A stretch of DNA of 64,000 bases from Vicingaceae bacterium (GCA_032251145.1 JAVVER010000001.1:17629-81628), one strand, 5' to 3'; counted from the stretch's first letter, positions 18,154 to 28,068 are shown. Translations and numbers: made by a program. Notes: generated by a model from the sequence alone, not told the origin.

Positions 18154-18752
18154 ATAACCAAAACAAAAAACCACAAAAAGGAGCATTAGCCACAGGGATT
18201 TTAGCTGCTTTAGCTGCTTCATCGTGCTGCATTCCTCCTGTAATTGCAGCTATAGCTGGAGTTGGTGGAGCTGCCGGAGCTTTATCATGGATGGAGCCAC
18301 TCCGCCCTTATTTAATCGGATTAGCCGTAATAGCCATTGGTTACGCTTGGTACAGTCATTTAAAACCCAAAAAAGATGATGATTGCGGTTGCGAAATCGA
18401 AAAGCCAAAATTTTACCAAACTAAAGGATTTTTGGTGGGAATAACTTTGTTCGCCACTTTATCCATTACCTTTCCTTATTATTCAGGCATATTTTATCCA
18501 GATAGTCAACAAGAAGCAATTATTTCGGAGAATAGCAACATCCAAAAAGTTAATATCAGGATAGATGGTATGACTTGCGATGCTTGTCAACATCATGTAA
18601 ATAGTGCAGTAAATGCTTTACCTGGAATAGTGGCTGTAAATTCTTCTTACGAAAAAGGAAATGCCGAAGTGAAATTTGACAATACACAAACTACGGTTGT
18701 GGAAATAGAAAAAGCCATTAATTCAACAGGATATAACGTAATAAAAAAATAA
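18150..18752 (+). CDS. merTP: mercuric transport protein MerTP (MerT-like membrane part fused to an HMA/MerP domain)
   Basis: TM1 contains SSCCIPP. The C-terminal HMA domain has GMTCDACQ. ATGA overlap with the regulator gene. Confidence 0.75.
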   Translation: MNNQNKKPQKGALATGILAALAASSCCIPPVIAAIAGVGGAAGALSWMEPLRPYLIGLAVIAIGYAWYSHLKPKKDDDCGCEIEKPKFYQTKGFLVGITLFATLSITFPYYSGIFYPDSQQEAIISENSNIQKVNIRIDGMTCDACQHHVNSAVNALPGIVAVNSSYEKGNAEVKFDNTQTTVVEIEKAINSTGYNVIKK

Positions 18753-18756
18753 GATA

Positions 18757-18963
18757 ATGAAAACAGAACTCCATTCAACCATAGCTTGTCCTAATTGCGG
18801 ACATCAAAAAGAAGAAACCATGCCCACCGATGCTTGTCAGTATTTTTACGAATGCGAAAACTGCAAAACGGTTCTAAAACCAATCAATAATGATTGTTGT
18901 GTGTATTGTAGTTATGGAACAGTTCCTTGTCCACCTATTCAAGAAAATAAAAAGTGTTGTTGA
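18757..18963 (+). CDS. GDCCVxC-domain small Cys-rich protein (mercury-operon associated)
   Basis: 68 aa: CPNCGH, CQYFYECENC, NDCCVYCSYG, and terminal CC. All are Cys codons, with no in-frame TGA. Confidence 0.7.
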   Translation: MKTELHSTIACPNCGHQKEETMPTDACQYFYECENCKTVLKPINNDCCVYCSYGTVPCPPIQENKKCC

Positions 18964-19115
18964 AAAAAATCTAAAAACCTAATTATTAAAATTATCCATT
19001 GCTATTCTTGGATAAAAACTTTAAAAAAGACTTGACGGGTGTAAAAAAACAACTTTTTTTCAAGATTTAATTTTATATCAAAGCGATTGCTTAGTTTTGT
19101 TTTAATTAATTTATA

Positions 19116-19697
19116 ATGTCACGAACAAAATCATATTCAGAAAATACTGTACTCGAAAATGCTATGCACGTATTTTGGGAAAATGGTTATGAAGCTACAT
19201 CGGTACGTTTGTTGGAAAAGGAAATGGGTATCAACCAATTTTCTATATATGCTTCTTTTAAAAACAAAAAAACACTATTTATTCGTTCTTTAAAGCAATA
19301 TAAAGAATATGTAAAAATTCATGTTTTTAAAAACCTTTTACAAGAAAATGCAGGGTTAACAGATTTAGAGTTTTTTTTATATCAAGCTGCAGAATCTGAC
19401 ATAACACATAAGAAAAAAATTGGTTGTTTCGTTGTAAATACAACCGCAGAATTAGGAAACAGTGATGAAGAAATTACTCAAGAACTCCAACAGTATTATC
19501 AGTTTATTTTTAACATGCTTAAAAATGTGTTAACCAATGCTATTCGAAAAAAAGAAATTCCTTCATCTACTAATATAGAACAACAGTCCAATTTTTTTAT
19601 AGGAGTAATGCAAAGTGTTTCTGTAGCTTCAAAAACAATGAATAAACAACAATTATCCGACTTTATAAAAATTGCAATTAATCAAGTAAAACAATAG
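19116..19697 (+). CDS. TetR/AcrR family transcriptional regulator
   Basis: N-terminal HTH (GYEATSVRLLEKEMGINQFSIYASFKNK). A TAGTTTTG -7 box lies at 19092-19099. Confidence 0.8.
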   Translation: MSRTKSYSENTVLENAMHVFWENGYEATSVRLLEKEMGINQFSIYASFKNKKTLFIRSLKQYKEYVKIHVFKNLLQENAGLTDLEFFLYQAAESDITHKKKIGCFVVNTTAELGNSDEEITQELQQYYQFIFNMLKNVLTNAIRKKEIPSSTNIEQQSNFFIGVMQSVSVASKTMNKQQLSDFIKIAINQVKQ

Positions 19698-19718
19698 ATA
19701 AATCAAAAATTAAAAAAC

Positions 19719-20282
19719 ATGGCAGAATTTAAATTACACACCTTTGAAACAGCTCCTGAAGCATCAAAACCATTATTAGAAGAAGCGATAAATCAAAATG
19801 GCTTTATTCCTAATTTATACGGAATTATGGCAGAATCGCCTGAGTTATTAAAAGCTTATCGTCAAATGGCAGATTTGTTTAATGCAACTTCTTTTAGCCC
19901 AGTTGAAAAAAATATAGTTTGGCTAACTATTAGTTACCAAAACAAATGTCATTATTGTATGACCATTCATTCAATGGTTGCAAATATGTTTAAATTACCT
20001 GAAAGTATGGTTGATGCTTTGCGTAACAACAAACCACTAACTGATACAAAACTAGAATCGTTAAGAAAATTTACCATATTACTTGTTGAAAAAAGAGGTT
20101 GGGCTTCTGATGAAGATGTACAGGAATTTTTATCGGCAGGATATTCAAAAAAAAATGTATTAGAATTAGTTGTTGGTGTAGGTCAAAAAATCATTAGTAA
20201 CTATGTAAATCATTTAGCAAACACTCCTCTTGACGATAAAATAGTTGATTTTAAATGGGAAGCAAACACCGTTACCAATTAA
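19719..20282 (+). CDS. carboxymuconolactone decarboxylase / AhpD-like family protein
   Basis: 187 aa with a CHYC motif in a CMD-like helix context. Confidence 0.7.
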   Translation: MAEFKLHTFETAPEASKPLLEEAINQNGFIPNLYGIMAESPELLKAYRQMADLFNATSFSPVEKNIVWLTISYQNKCHYCMTIHSMVANMFKLPESMVDALRNNKPLTDTKLESLRKFTILLVEKRGWASDEDVQEFLSAGYSKKNVLELVVGVGQKIISNYVNHLANTPLDDKIVDFKWEANTVTN

Positions 20283-20346
20283 TTGTTTTATTTTTTAGTA
20301 AATGGATAAACAATTATTCATAAAAGTAGAAGCTAACTTATTTTGA

Positions 20347-20384
20347 CCTTTCTTTGAAAATCACATCTTATTTTCAAAGAAAGG
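20347..20384. terminator. bidirectional terminator hairpin between convergent genes
   Basis: CCTTTCTTTGAAAAT-(8 nt)-ATTTTCAAAGAAAGG, a 15-bp perfect stem. Confidence 0.65.
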
Positions 20385-20425
20385 ACGATAAGAAAAATAC
20401 CACATCACTAAATAATAAAAACCCA

Positions 20426-21445
20426 CTAATATAGATATTTTAAATACTGTTTTTTGATGGTATTTTCTGCAGGTTTGTTTTGTGGAGTAAACCTATTATT
20501 TGAAGTACCTCCTGCTATACTATAATTGGCATACCATTTCCACATAAACCCGCCTAAAAACCATTTCTCATCCCAAAACTGATTAAATAAGGCTTGTAAG
20601 GCAGAAGACTGCAGCAGAAGATTTACTTCGCCTTCTTTTCTATCTGAACTCCATGGTTCTTTGGTTGAAAAATTAATACTTCTATAACCAAACTCTGTAA
20701 ACAATACAGGTTTTTTGGTAATCTTAACAACTTGTTCTATTGATTTTTTATGTGCTTTCCATCCTTTTTCAATTTCAGAAACCGATGGGTTTTTCTTTTC
20801 ACTCAATGGAAAATAAGCATCAATACCTACAATATCTAACTGATTCCACATTAAAATTTTATCAAACTCATCCCAATTGGCAGCGTAAGTTAATTTGCCT
20901 TTATAAATTTTTCTTACTTCAACAACTAAGTTATTCCAATAAGACGGGCGGTATTTTACAAAATTCATTAACTCAGTACCTACACAAAATAGCTCGACAT
21001 TTAACTCTTGAGCCAACCGAGCATAGTTTAATATAAATTTCGAATACGAATTTTCTAAGGTTTTCCAATCTTGCTCGTTCGACATTTCAATAAAACCAGT
21101 GTATTTACCATGCCCTACCCATAGTTGAGGCTTTAACATTACTCTTAATTTTTGTGATTTTAATAGGCTAATGTATTGCGTAATACCTACACTAGTTTCT
21201 CCAAACCATTGTCTTTGAGCATTAAAGTAAATCTGAGGTTGGTTTACATCTTTAACAAACCCAAACGGACTAACCGCTACAAAATTAGCATGTATATTTT
21301 TTATTGGTAAAAGTTGTTCAACCTGAAGCGAATCGTTTGAAGAAACTAAACTAATCCCATTAATTTTTTTAGTTTGAGCATTTATATTACTGATAAAAAA
21401 AACAGTAAATAAACAACCAACTAGAGCATGTTTTAAAATTATCAA
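20426..21445 (-). CDS. secreted TIM-barrel glycoside hydrolase-like protein (clan GH-A-like; family uncertain)
   Basis: 339 aa with a signal peptide. The pattern NWDEF ... LFTEFGY resembles the acid/base and nucleophile Glu strands of GH-A enzymes. Confidence 0.45.
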   Translation of the reverse strand: MIILKHALVGCLFTVFFISNINAQTKKINGISLVSSNDSLQVEQLLPIKNIHANFVAVSPFGFVKDVNQPQIYFNAQRQWFGETSVGITQYISLLKSQKLRVMLKPQLWVGHGKYTGFIEMSNEQDWKTLENSYSKFILNYARLAQELNVELFCVGTELMNFVKYRPSYWNNLVVEVRKIYKGKLTYAANWDEFDKILMWNQLDIVGIDAYFPLSEKKNPSVSEIEKGWKAHKKSIEQVVKITKKPVLFTEFGYRSINFSTKEPWSSDRKEGEVNLLLQSSALQALFNQFWDEKWFLGGFMWKWYANYSIAGGTSNNRFTPQNKPAENTIKKQYLKYLY

Positions 21446-21459
21446 GTTAACCAGTTTTT

Positions 21460-22353
21460 TTAAATTAACAAATACCTAACACCAAAATTATACGACTCTC
21501 CTAAACCTGCTCCTCTAGCTTGGAAAAAATTAGAATAAGACATTTCTAAGGTAATATTATTAAATAATTGCATTTTAAAACCTAACCCAGCTAAGGTATA
21601 GCCTTGTGCAAAATTATTTCCTAAATCTATTAGTTCAAAATGCTGAAGATAGATTAAAGCAGTATATTTTGACGTAATAAAATAACTTAAAAATGCACTT
21701 ACTGGAATACCTAAGCTATTGTTTGCATAACGCTCACCAACATTCTGAAATTGGTTAGCATCTTTAGCTTTTCCTCCAAAATTAAAAGCAAAATCAATTT
21801 CACTAAAAAGTTGAAATTTTCTACCAGGAAAAGTTTTATCATAAAAAAGTCTGTTTTCAAAAACATAACTTCTTTTATCTAAAAAAAAACGGGGTTGATC
21901 TTCAAAAATAGGGGCAAAAAATGAAGTTTGAACCGTGAAATTTTTAACCTCTTTGTTGGGTTGCCATTTTAAACTAATACCAACACTAGTTAATGCTCTT
22001 GCTGAATTGTTTTTATTATCAATAAATTTAAGCGGACTCCAACGGTTTTCATTAATGGTATTAGATTTAAAGTTAAAAATAAAACCAAGGTTGGCATTAG
22101 ATTTTTGAGAAACACCAGTAAATACCTCAAAAGTGGTAGTGAAAAAATTAGAGCGAGGTTCATTTATTATTACTCCGTTATCTTCTCTCTTGTTTTGAGT
22201 AAACAAACTATTAAAAACTTTGATATCCCAATTTTGGTCTTTAATTAATTGCGATGGTGTAAATTTTTGCAAATTACTTTGTGAAGTATCTGCTTGAGCA
22301 AATCCATAAAAAGAAATACTCCAAAATAATACTACTAATAAAGATTGTTTCAT
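21460..22353 (-). CDS. outer-membrane beta-barrel protein, unknown function
   Basis: Signal peptide, alternating strand pattern and an aromatic-rich C-terminus. Confidence 0.5.
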   Translation of the reverse strand: MKQSLLVVLFWSISFYGFAQADTSQSNLQKFTPSQLIKDQNWDIKVFNSLFTQNKREDNGVIINEPRSNFFTTTFEVFTGVSQKSNANLGFIFNFKSNTINENRWSPLKFIDNKNNSARALTSVGISLKWQPNKEVKNFTVQTSFFAPIFEDQPRFFLDKRSYVFENRLFYDKTFPGRKFQLFSEIDFAFNFGGKAKDANQFQNVGERYANNSLGIPVSAFLSYFITSKYTALIYLQHFELIDLGNNFAQGYTLAGLGFKMQLFNNITLEMSYSNFFQARGAGLGESYNFGVRYLLI

Positions 22354-22493
22354 TATTAATTAAACGCTGTAAGGTTAAAATTAAAGACTTTTTTATATAA
22401 TTACCAAATATACAATTAGTCGTAAAAACAATAAATCCTTACATATTGTCAGTTTAGCTTTTGGTAATCGTCTTTTAAGGAAACTCATCTAAT

Positions 22494-23249
22494 ATGAAAA
22501 AACAAAAAATAACTTTTACCAACAAAAAAGGACTAGAGTTAGCAGCCCTAATAGAAATACCAGAAAACGATATTAAAGGGTTTGCTGTATTTGCTCATTG
22601 TTTTACTTGCAACAAGAACCTAACTGCAGTAACCAACATAGGTAGAGCTTTAAACGCTAACGGAATAGCCGTTTTGCGATTCGATTTTACTGGATTGGGT
22701 GAGAGCGAAGGCGAGTTTGAAAACACCAATTTTTCGTCAAATGTGGATGATTTAATTTCAGCAGCAGAATATCTAGAAAAAAATTATGAAGCTCCAAGTA
22801 TTTTAATAGGACATTCATTAGGCGGTGCAGCTGTTATTTTTGCAGCTAAACAATTACCAGGTATTAAAGCTGTTGCTACTGTTGGAGCACCTTCCAACCC
22901 AAAGCATGTTGCTCATTTATTCAAATCGGGTATAGATGAAATTAACCAAAAAGGAGAAGCTCTTTTATCTATAGGGGGAAGAGATTTTAAAATTCAAAAG
23001 CATTTTTTGGAAGATATTAACGAGCAAAACATGGCACAAACTGTAAAAGATATGAATAAGGCCTTGTTGGTACTTCACTCACCACAAGATACTACCGTTG
23101 GAATAGAAAATGCAGCTCAAATTTATCAGGCAGCTTGGCATCCAAAAAGTTTTATTTCATTAGATGGAGCCGACCACTTATTGTCTAAAAAAGAAGATTC
23201 GCAATACGTTGGACAAATGATAGCCAATTGGTCGGTAAGATACATATAA
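22494..23249 (+). CDS. alpha/beta hydrolase
   Basis: GHSLGG nucleophile elbow and a late DH (GADHLL) catalytic His. Confidence 0.75.
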   Translation: MKKQKITFTNKKGLELAALIEIPENDIKGFAVFAHCFTCNKNLTAVTNIGRALNANGIAVLRFDFTGLGESEGEFENTNFSSNVDDLISAAEYLEKNYEAPSILIGHSLGGAAVIFAAKQLPGIKAVATVGAPSNPKHVAHLFKSGIDEINQKGEALLSIGGRDFKIQKHFLEDINEQNMAQTVKDMNKALLVLHSPQDTTVGIENAAQIYQAAWHPKSFISLDGADHLLSKKEDSQYVGQMIANWSVRYI

Positions 23250-23259
23250 AAACAAAAAA

Positions 23260-24183
23260 ATGAACGCTTTAGTAATTTCTGGTGGAGGTAGTAAAGGAGC
23301 TTTTGCAGGTGGCATAGCAGAATACCTTATTAACACAAAAAAAAATCAATACGATATTTTTGTAGGAAGCTCTGTAGGAAGTTTGTTAATTAGTCAGTTA
23401 GCAATCAACAACATTGATAAGATAAAAAAAACCTTTACCAGTATTTCTAACAGTGATATTTTTAATATTTCTCCTTTCATCGTTAATAAAAAAGAAGAAA
23501 TTCCAAGCATACGAATAAACCATTTTAATACTTTAAGAGCGTTTTTAAAGGGGTGCAATACCTTTGGCGAGAGCAAAAACTTAAGAAAGTTAATTGAAAA
23601 AGTACATTCCGAAAGCGAATTTGATTTACTTAAGAAGTCAAAAAAAGTATTTTTTACTGTTTCTAACCTTACAGAAAATAAAGTAGAATATATTGATGCA
23701 TCTACTTGTACATACAACGATTATTGCGACTGGATGTGGGCTTCTGCTAATTACGTTCCGTTTATGAGTTTGATGACAAAAAACGGCAAACAATATGCCG
23801 ATGGTGGTTTCGCGTGTCATGTTCCAGTATTACAGGCAATTAATAATGGAGCAACCAATATAGACGTGATTATTTTAGACGAAGAAATTAACGAAAATAT
23901 AACCCATCCTGCTTACAACAATCCTTTCCAATCGTTAATGGGAGTTTTTACGTTTATGACAAATCAAATTGCACTAAAAGATATTTTGATAACAAAACTC
24001 GAAGGGCGACAATCTCAAATTGATATAAAATTTTGGTATCCGCCTAAAAACATAACCAATAACCCACTTTATTTCAACTCCAAATTAATGACAAAATGGT
24101 GGGATGATGGCTATGAAAGAGCTAAAACTACTCCGCCAATTTGTTACTGTTTTATGGATAACGGAGATTTAAAAATTATGTAA
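23260..24183 (+). CDS. patatin-like phospholipase
   Basis: GGGSKG oxyanion motif, GSSVG (GxSxG) and DGG catalytic Asp. Confidence 0.8.
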   Translation: MNALVISGGGSKGAFAGGIAEYLINTKKNQYDIFVGSSVGSLLISQLAINNIDKIKKTFTSISNSDIFNISPFIVNKKEEIPSIRINHFNTLRAFLKGCNTFGESKNLRKLIEKVHSESEFDLLKKSKKVFFTVSNLTENKVEYIDASTCTYNDYCDWMWASANYVPFMSLMTKNGKQYADGGFACHVPVLQAINNGATNIDVIILDEEINENITHPAYNNPFQSLMGVFTFMTNQIALKDILITKLEGRQSQIDIKFWYPPKNITNNPLYFNSKLMTKWWDDGYERAKTTPPICYCFMDNGDLKIM

Positions 24184-24215
24184 TCAATACAACTAAATAA
24201 TCAAATAAATAAAAC

Positions 24216-25721
24216 ATGAAAGTAAGAGAAACATTTATCCTATTATCAATAATTATAATTGCCTCAATTGTAGGTTTATCTTTTGTTTGGCAACCCATTC
24301 TGTGGAGTTTTATTCTTTTTGGACCACTAATTTTGTTGGGTTACTCTGATATTCTTCAAAACAAACAAACCATAAAAAAGAATTTTCCAGTTATTGGTCA
24401 TTTTAGGTATATTTTAGAAAAGATACGACCTGAAATTATGCAATATTTTGTTGAAACAGATACCGAAGGAACTCCCATAAACAGAATTTTTAGGTCATTA
24501 ATTTATCAACGATCAAAAAAAGTAAATGATACTACGCCTTTTGGAACAAGGATGGATGTTTATAGAACAGGCTATGAATGGATGGATCATTCTGTTTATG
24601 CAAAAAGCGGACATGATTTAGACAACTCCCCAAGAGTATTAGTTGGAGGAAAAGATTGTAAAAAACACTATTCGGCAAGTATTTTAAATATCTCAGCCAT
24701 GAGTTTTGGTGCGTTAAGTCAAAATGCTGTACTGGCAATGAATACTGGAGCAAAAATGGGTGGGTTTGCTCACAATACAGGAGAAGGCGGAATTAGTCCC
24801 TACCACAAAAAACCAGGCGGAGATTTAATTTGGCAAATTGGTACGGGTTATTTTGGTTGTAGAACAAAAGAAGGCAATTTTTGCCCAGATACATTCCAAA
24901 AAAATGCGACTATAGAGAATGTAAAAATGATAGAAATAAAACTATCTCAAGGAGCAAAACCAGGGCATGGGGGAATTTTACCGGCAAGTAAAAATACCGA
25001 AGAAATTGCTGCTATAAGACACGTAGCACCTTTTACTGATGTTCATTCGCCTCCTGGACATAAAGCTTTTAATAATGCAGAAGGTTTAATGCTCTTTATC
25101 AAACAATTAAGAGATTTGTCGGGTGGAAAACCTATCGGATTCAAATTATGTGTTGGTAAAAAGCAAGAATTTATCGACTTTTGTGAGGCAATGCTAAAAA
25201 CAGGCATTAAACCTGATTTTATTACAGTTGATGGCGGAGAAGGAGGAACTGGAGCTGCTCCTGTTGAGTTTTCTAACTCATTAGGAATGCCGCTTAGAGA
25301 TGGATTAGCATTTGTTGTTGATACTCTTAAGAAATACAATTTAAAAGAAGAAATTAAAGTAGTTGCTTCTGGAAAAATATTCACAGGATTTCATATTGCT
25401 AGAGTAATTGCTTTAGGAGCAGATATGGTAAACAGTGCAAGAGCTATGATGATGGCAGTGGGTTGTATTCAAGCTTTACAATGTAACACCAACACTTGTC
25501 CGGTTGGTGTTGCCACACAAAACAAAAGCCTAATGAAAGGGTTAAATGTAAATGATAAATCGGTAAGGGTGGCTAATTTTCATGCTGAAACCGTAAAAAG
25601 TTTTGTAGAATTACTAGCTGCTTCGGGCTTATCAAAACCTGAAGAATTATCAAGGGTACATATAAACAGAAGAGTTTCTGAAACTAAAGTGATGAAATAC
25701 AGCGAAATATATCCTGAATAA
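24216..25721 (+). CDS. FMN-binding glutamate synthase family protein (GltB domain-2-like), membrane-anchored
   Basis: 501 aa, N-terminal TM helices, with ITVDGGEGGTGAAP and QGAKPGHGG motifs. Confidence 0.8.
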   Translation: MKVRETFILLSIIIIASIVGLSFVWQPILWSFILFGPLILLGYSDILQNKQTIKKNFPVIGHFRYILEKIRPEIMQYFVETDTEGTPINRIFRSLIYQRSKKVNDTTPFGTRMDVYRTGYEWMDHSVYAKSGHDLDNSPRVLVGGKDCKKHYSASILNISAMSFGALSQNAVLAMNTGAKMGGFAHNTGEGGISPYHKKPGGDLIWQIGTGYFGCRTKEGNFCPDTFQKNATIENVKMIEIKLSQGAKPGHGGILPASKNTEEIAAIRHVAPFTDVHSPPGHKAFNNAEGLMLFIKQLRDLSGGKPIGFKLCVGKKQEFIDFCEAMLKTGIKPDFITVDGGEGGTGAAPVEFSNSLGMPLRDGLAFVVDTLKKYNLKEEIKVVASGKIFTGFHIARVIALGADMVNSARAMMMAVGCIQALQCNTNTCPVGVATQNKSLMKGLNVNDKSVRVANFHAETVKSFVELLAASGLSKPEELSRVHINRRVSETKVMKYSEIYPE

Positions 25722-25742
25722 AAATCAGTAAAAATCTAATTT

Positions 25743-26894
25743 ATGAGCAATTCCCTTTTAACAGAAGTAGAAAAACACGTTTTTAACTTGTTTAAGCAAG
25801 GCAGCAATGCTAAACTAGTTTACCACAACTTTAAACACACCAACGAGGTGGTTAAAAATGTAAAAGAAATTGCTGCTGCAGAAAAAATTAGTGACGAAGA
25901 GTTGGAATTGGTTTTAATTGCGGCTTGGTTTCATGATATTGGTTACCTAACCACTTGCGAAAATCATGAGCAATTGGGGGTAGAAGAAGCTACTCGTTTT
26001 TTACAACAACAAAATTTTTCCTCAGAAAAAATAAAAGTGGTTGCTGATTGCATATTGGCTACTAAGTTAGGCACCGAACCTACTAATTTATTACAAGAAA
26101 TTATATGTGATGCCGATATGACTGGATTGTCAAAATCGGATTACTCCGAGCGTACTCAACTTTTAAGAGCCGAATGTTGTGTAATTAAAAATGAAGAATT
26201 TGAAGAAGATGAATGGTTAAAAAAAGAAATAGTCTTTTTGTCTAACCATAAATACTACACCAAATATGCACTATTAAATTTTAATGAACCTAAATATAAA
26301 AACCTACTACAAAAAGAAAAAGAATTAGATAAAATAGAAAAAAAGCTGAGCAAAGTAGAATCTCCTGAAAAAGGAATTGAAACCATGTTTAGAACGGCAC
26401 TAAAAAACCACATGGAATTGAGTGCTATTGCCGATAACAAAGCCAATATTATGCTAAGTATTAATGCTTTAGTAATTTCAATAGTGGTTTCATCCTTAAT
26501 CTCAAAATTTGATAAGCATCCTGAGTTTATTGTTCCAACAGTCCTTATGCTTGTTGTATGTCTAATTGCTATTGTTTTAGCAACCCTTTCCACCAAACCT
26601 AAAATTACGGAAGGAAAATTTACTACTGATGATGTGAAAAAGAGAAAGGCAAACTTATTGTTTTTTGGAAATTTTCACAGCATGGAGTTAACAGACTACG
26701 AGTGGGGAATGAAAGAAATTATGAAAGATAAAGAGTATTTGTACTCTTCATTAATCAGAGATTTATACTTTTTAGGCGTTGTGTTAGCAAAAAAATACAC
26801 CTATCTCAGGTGGTGTTATACCGTTTTTATGTACGGAATGATTTTAAGCGTTGGAGTTTATGCGGTTGCTATTTTATTTACCAATCATCATTAA
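25743..26894 (+). CDS. HD-domain phosphohydrolase fused to a PycTM/DUF5706-like membrane module
   Basis: H...HD...D (FKHTNE, WFHDIGY, CDADM) in the N-terminal half. C-terminal half: MFRTALKNHMELSAIADNKANIMLSINALVISIVVS followed by further TM helices. Confidence 0.65.
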   Translation: MSNSLLTEVEKHVFNLFKQGSNAKLVYHNFKHTNEVVKNVKEIAAAEKISDEELELVLIAAWFHDIGYLTTCENHEQLGVEEATRFLQQQNFSSEKIKVVADCILATKLGTEPTNLLQEIICDADMTGLSKSDYSERTQLLRAECCVIKNEEFEEDEWLKKEIVFLSNHKYYTKYALLNFNEPKYKNLLQKEKELDKIEKKLSKVESPEKGIETMFRTALKNHMELSAIADNKANIMLSINALVISIVVSSLISKFDKHPEFIVPTVLMLVVCLIAIVLATLSTKPKITEGKFTTDDVKKRKANLLFFGNFHSMELTDYEWGMKEIMKDKEYLYSSLIRDLYFLGVVLAKKYTYLRWCYTVFMYGMILSVGVYAVAILFTNHH

Positions 26895-27958
26895 TTCTCT
26901 CGCTCTAATATACCTTTAAAATTATTGATAGATTTGGTAAACGATTTTCGCATTGCTTCTTTAAACATTCTATTTAAGAAGGTGTTTTTAAAGAAAATAT
27001 CCATAGAAAGTTTTACCGTATGTTCATTAATAGGCTCAATAGTGAAAACATGGCTTGAGGTTGGTAAAAAACCTCCATTAATAACCCTTTCGGCATAAAT
27101 AATTTTGTTGTCTTGGGTGGCTTTGTTTTCTGAGGTAATTATGTTTAATGAATTAAAAGGCAATAAACATTCGTGTTGTGTTCCAATTCGAGGTACTTTA
27201 GTTTGGTCAAACTTTACTTTTTTTAACCCAACAATCCATTCTTTTTTTCGGTTGAGGTCTTTTAGTAGTTCATGTGCTTTTTCTAAAGAGGTTTGTATAT
27301 TGGTTTCAATATGAACAATAGGGTTGTCTATTGCTATTTCTGGTCTTGGAGCTGGTTCTGGAATTCTGTTCAAAAGTTCTTTTAAATAAGAAAAAAAATA
27401 GTTTACCTCTCCCAAATCTTCATAAAACGAATTGCCTTTAGAAAAATTTTTCCAATTATTAGCTTCGCCATTATCTATTAAACTTTCGGTAATTAATAAA
27501 TATTCGTGTACCTCTAAATCATTCTTCATCAGCTTATGCACTTTGGTTACATCTGGTCCCATTAATTGCAGATGACCCACAATATGTCGTTCTACAATGT
27601 TGCCATAATGCACCACAAATTTTAAAGTAAGTTCTTGGGTATGAGAACAAGATCCACAATCACAAATTCGATCTCTTTCATAAAGTTTTAGGTGTTGGTG
27701 AAATGCCAAAAACATCTTTTCGCACTGGTCGTAAATTTCTTTTACAGATGGTTTTTTACCAACGCGATAAAAAAGTACCGCATCGCCTTCAATTTCGGCA
27801 ACTTTAAGCCCTAATGTATTGTTTTTAATAATAATTTCGAGCAGCTCAGCTACAATGTGTGTTGCATGAATAATCTCAGTATCGTTTACAAAACGAGTAA
27901 AACCACTAATATCAGGTATTAGGAGTAAGGATTTCTTTAAAGTATCGTCTATTTGCAA
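26891..27958 (-). CDS. class III nucleotidyl cyclase-like (DUF2652-type) domain fused to a C-terminal SRPBCC-like domain
   Basis: PDISGFTRF (DIxGFT metal Asp) and EIEGDAVLFY (GDA metal Asp), then VHYGNIV...MGPDVTKVHKL. Its stop codon overlaps the stop of the convergent HD gene (TTAA, 26891-26894). Confidence 0.6.
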   Translation of the reverse strand: MQIDDTLKKSLLLIPDISGFTRFVNDTEIIHATHIVAELLEIIIKNNTLGLKVAEIEGDAVLFYRVGKKPSVKEIYDQCEKMFLAFHQHLKLYERDRICDCGSCSHTQELTLKFVVHYGNIVERHIVGHLQLMGPDVTKVHKLMKNDLEVHEYLLITESLIDNGEANNWKNFSKGNSFYEDLGEVNYFFSYLKELLNRIPEPAPRPEIAIDNPIVHIETNIQTSLEKAHELLKDLNRKKEWIVGLKKVKFDQTKVPRIGTQHECLLPFNSLNIITSENKATQDNKIIYAERVINGGFLPTSSHVFTIEPINEHTVKLSMDIFFKNTFLNRMFKEAMRKSFTKSINNFKGILEREN

Positions 27959-28068
27959 AAGAAAAGAGATTAGTTTTAAGTAACAAATTTAAGCTTATTT
28001 CAACTATATAAATGTAATATTGATAGTGAAAAATCATTAATATATTATAATAAATAAAATTAACTATA

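Noticed and set aside
18757-18963. Possible selenocysteine recoding in the GDCCVxC protein and in the ArsS Cys-rich tail (12600-12695), since both families have selenoprotein members.
   Set aside because: All relevant positions are TGT or TGC codons. There is no in-frame TGA and no downstream SECIS-like hairpin.
25743-27958. Calling the cyclase/HD-TM pair a bona fide Pycsar (or CBASS) defence operon.
   Set aside because: Known systems are co-directional operons, whereas these genes are convergent. The cyclase-like domain lacks an obvious Asn/Arg transition-state pair, and no other defence or mobile genes flank it. I kept it as a hypothesis in the findings, not as an annotation.
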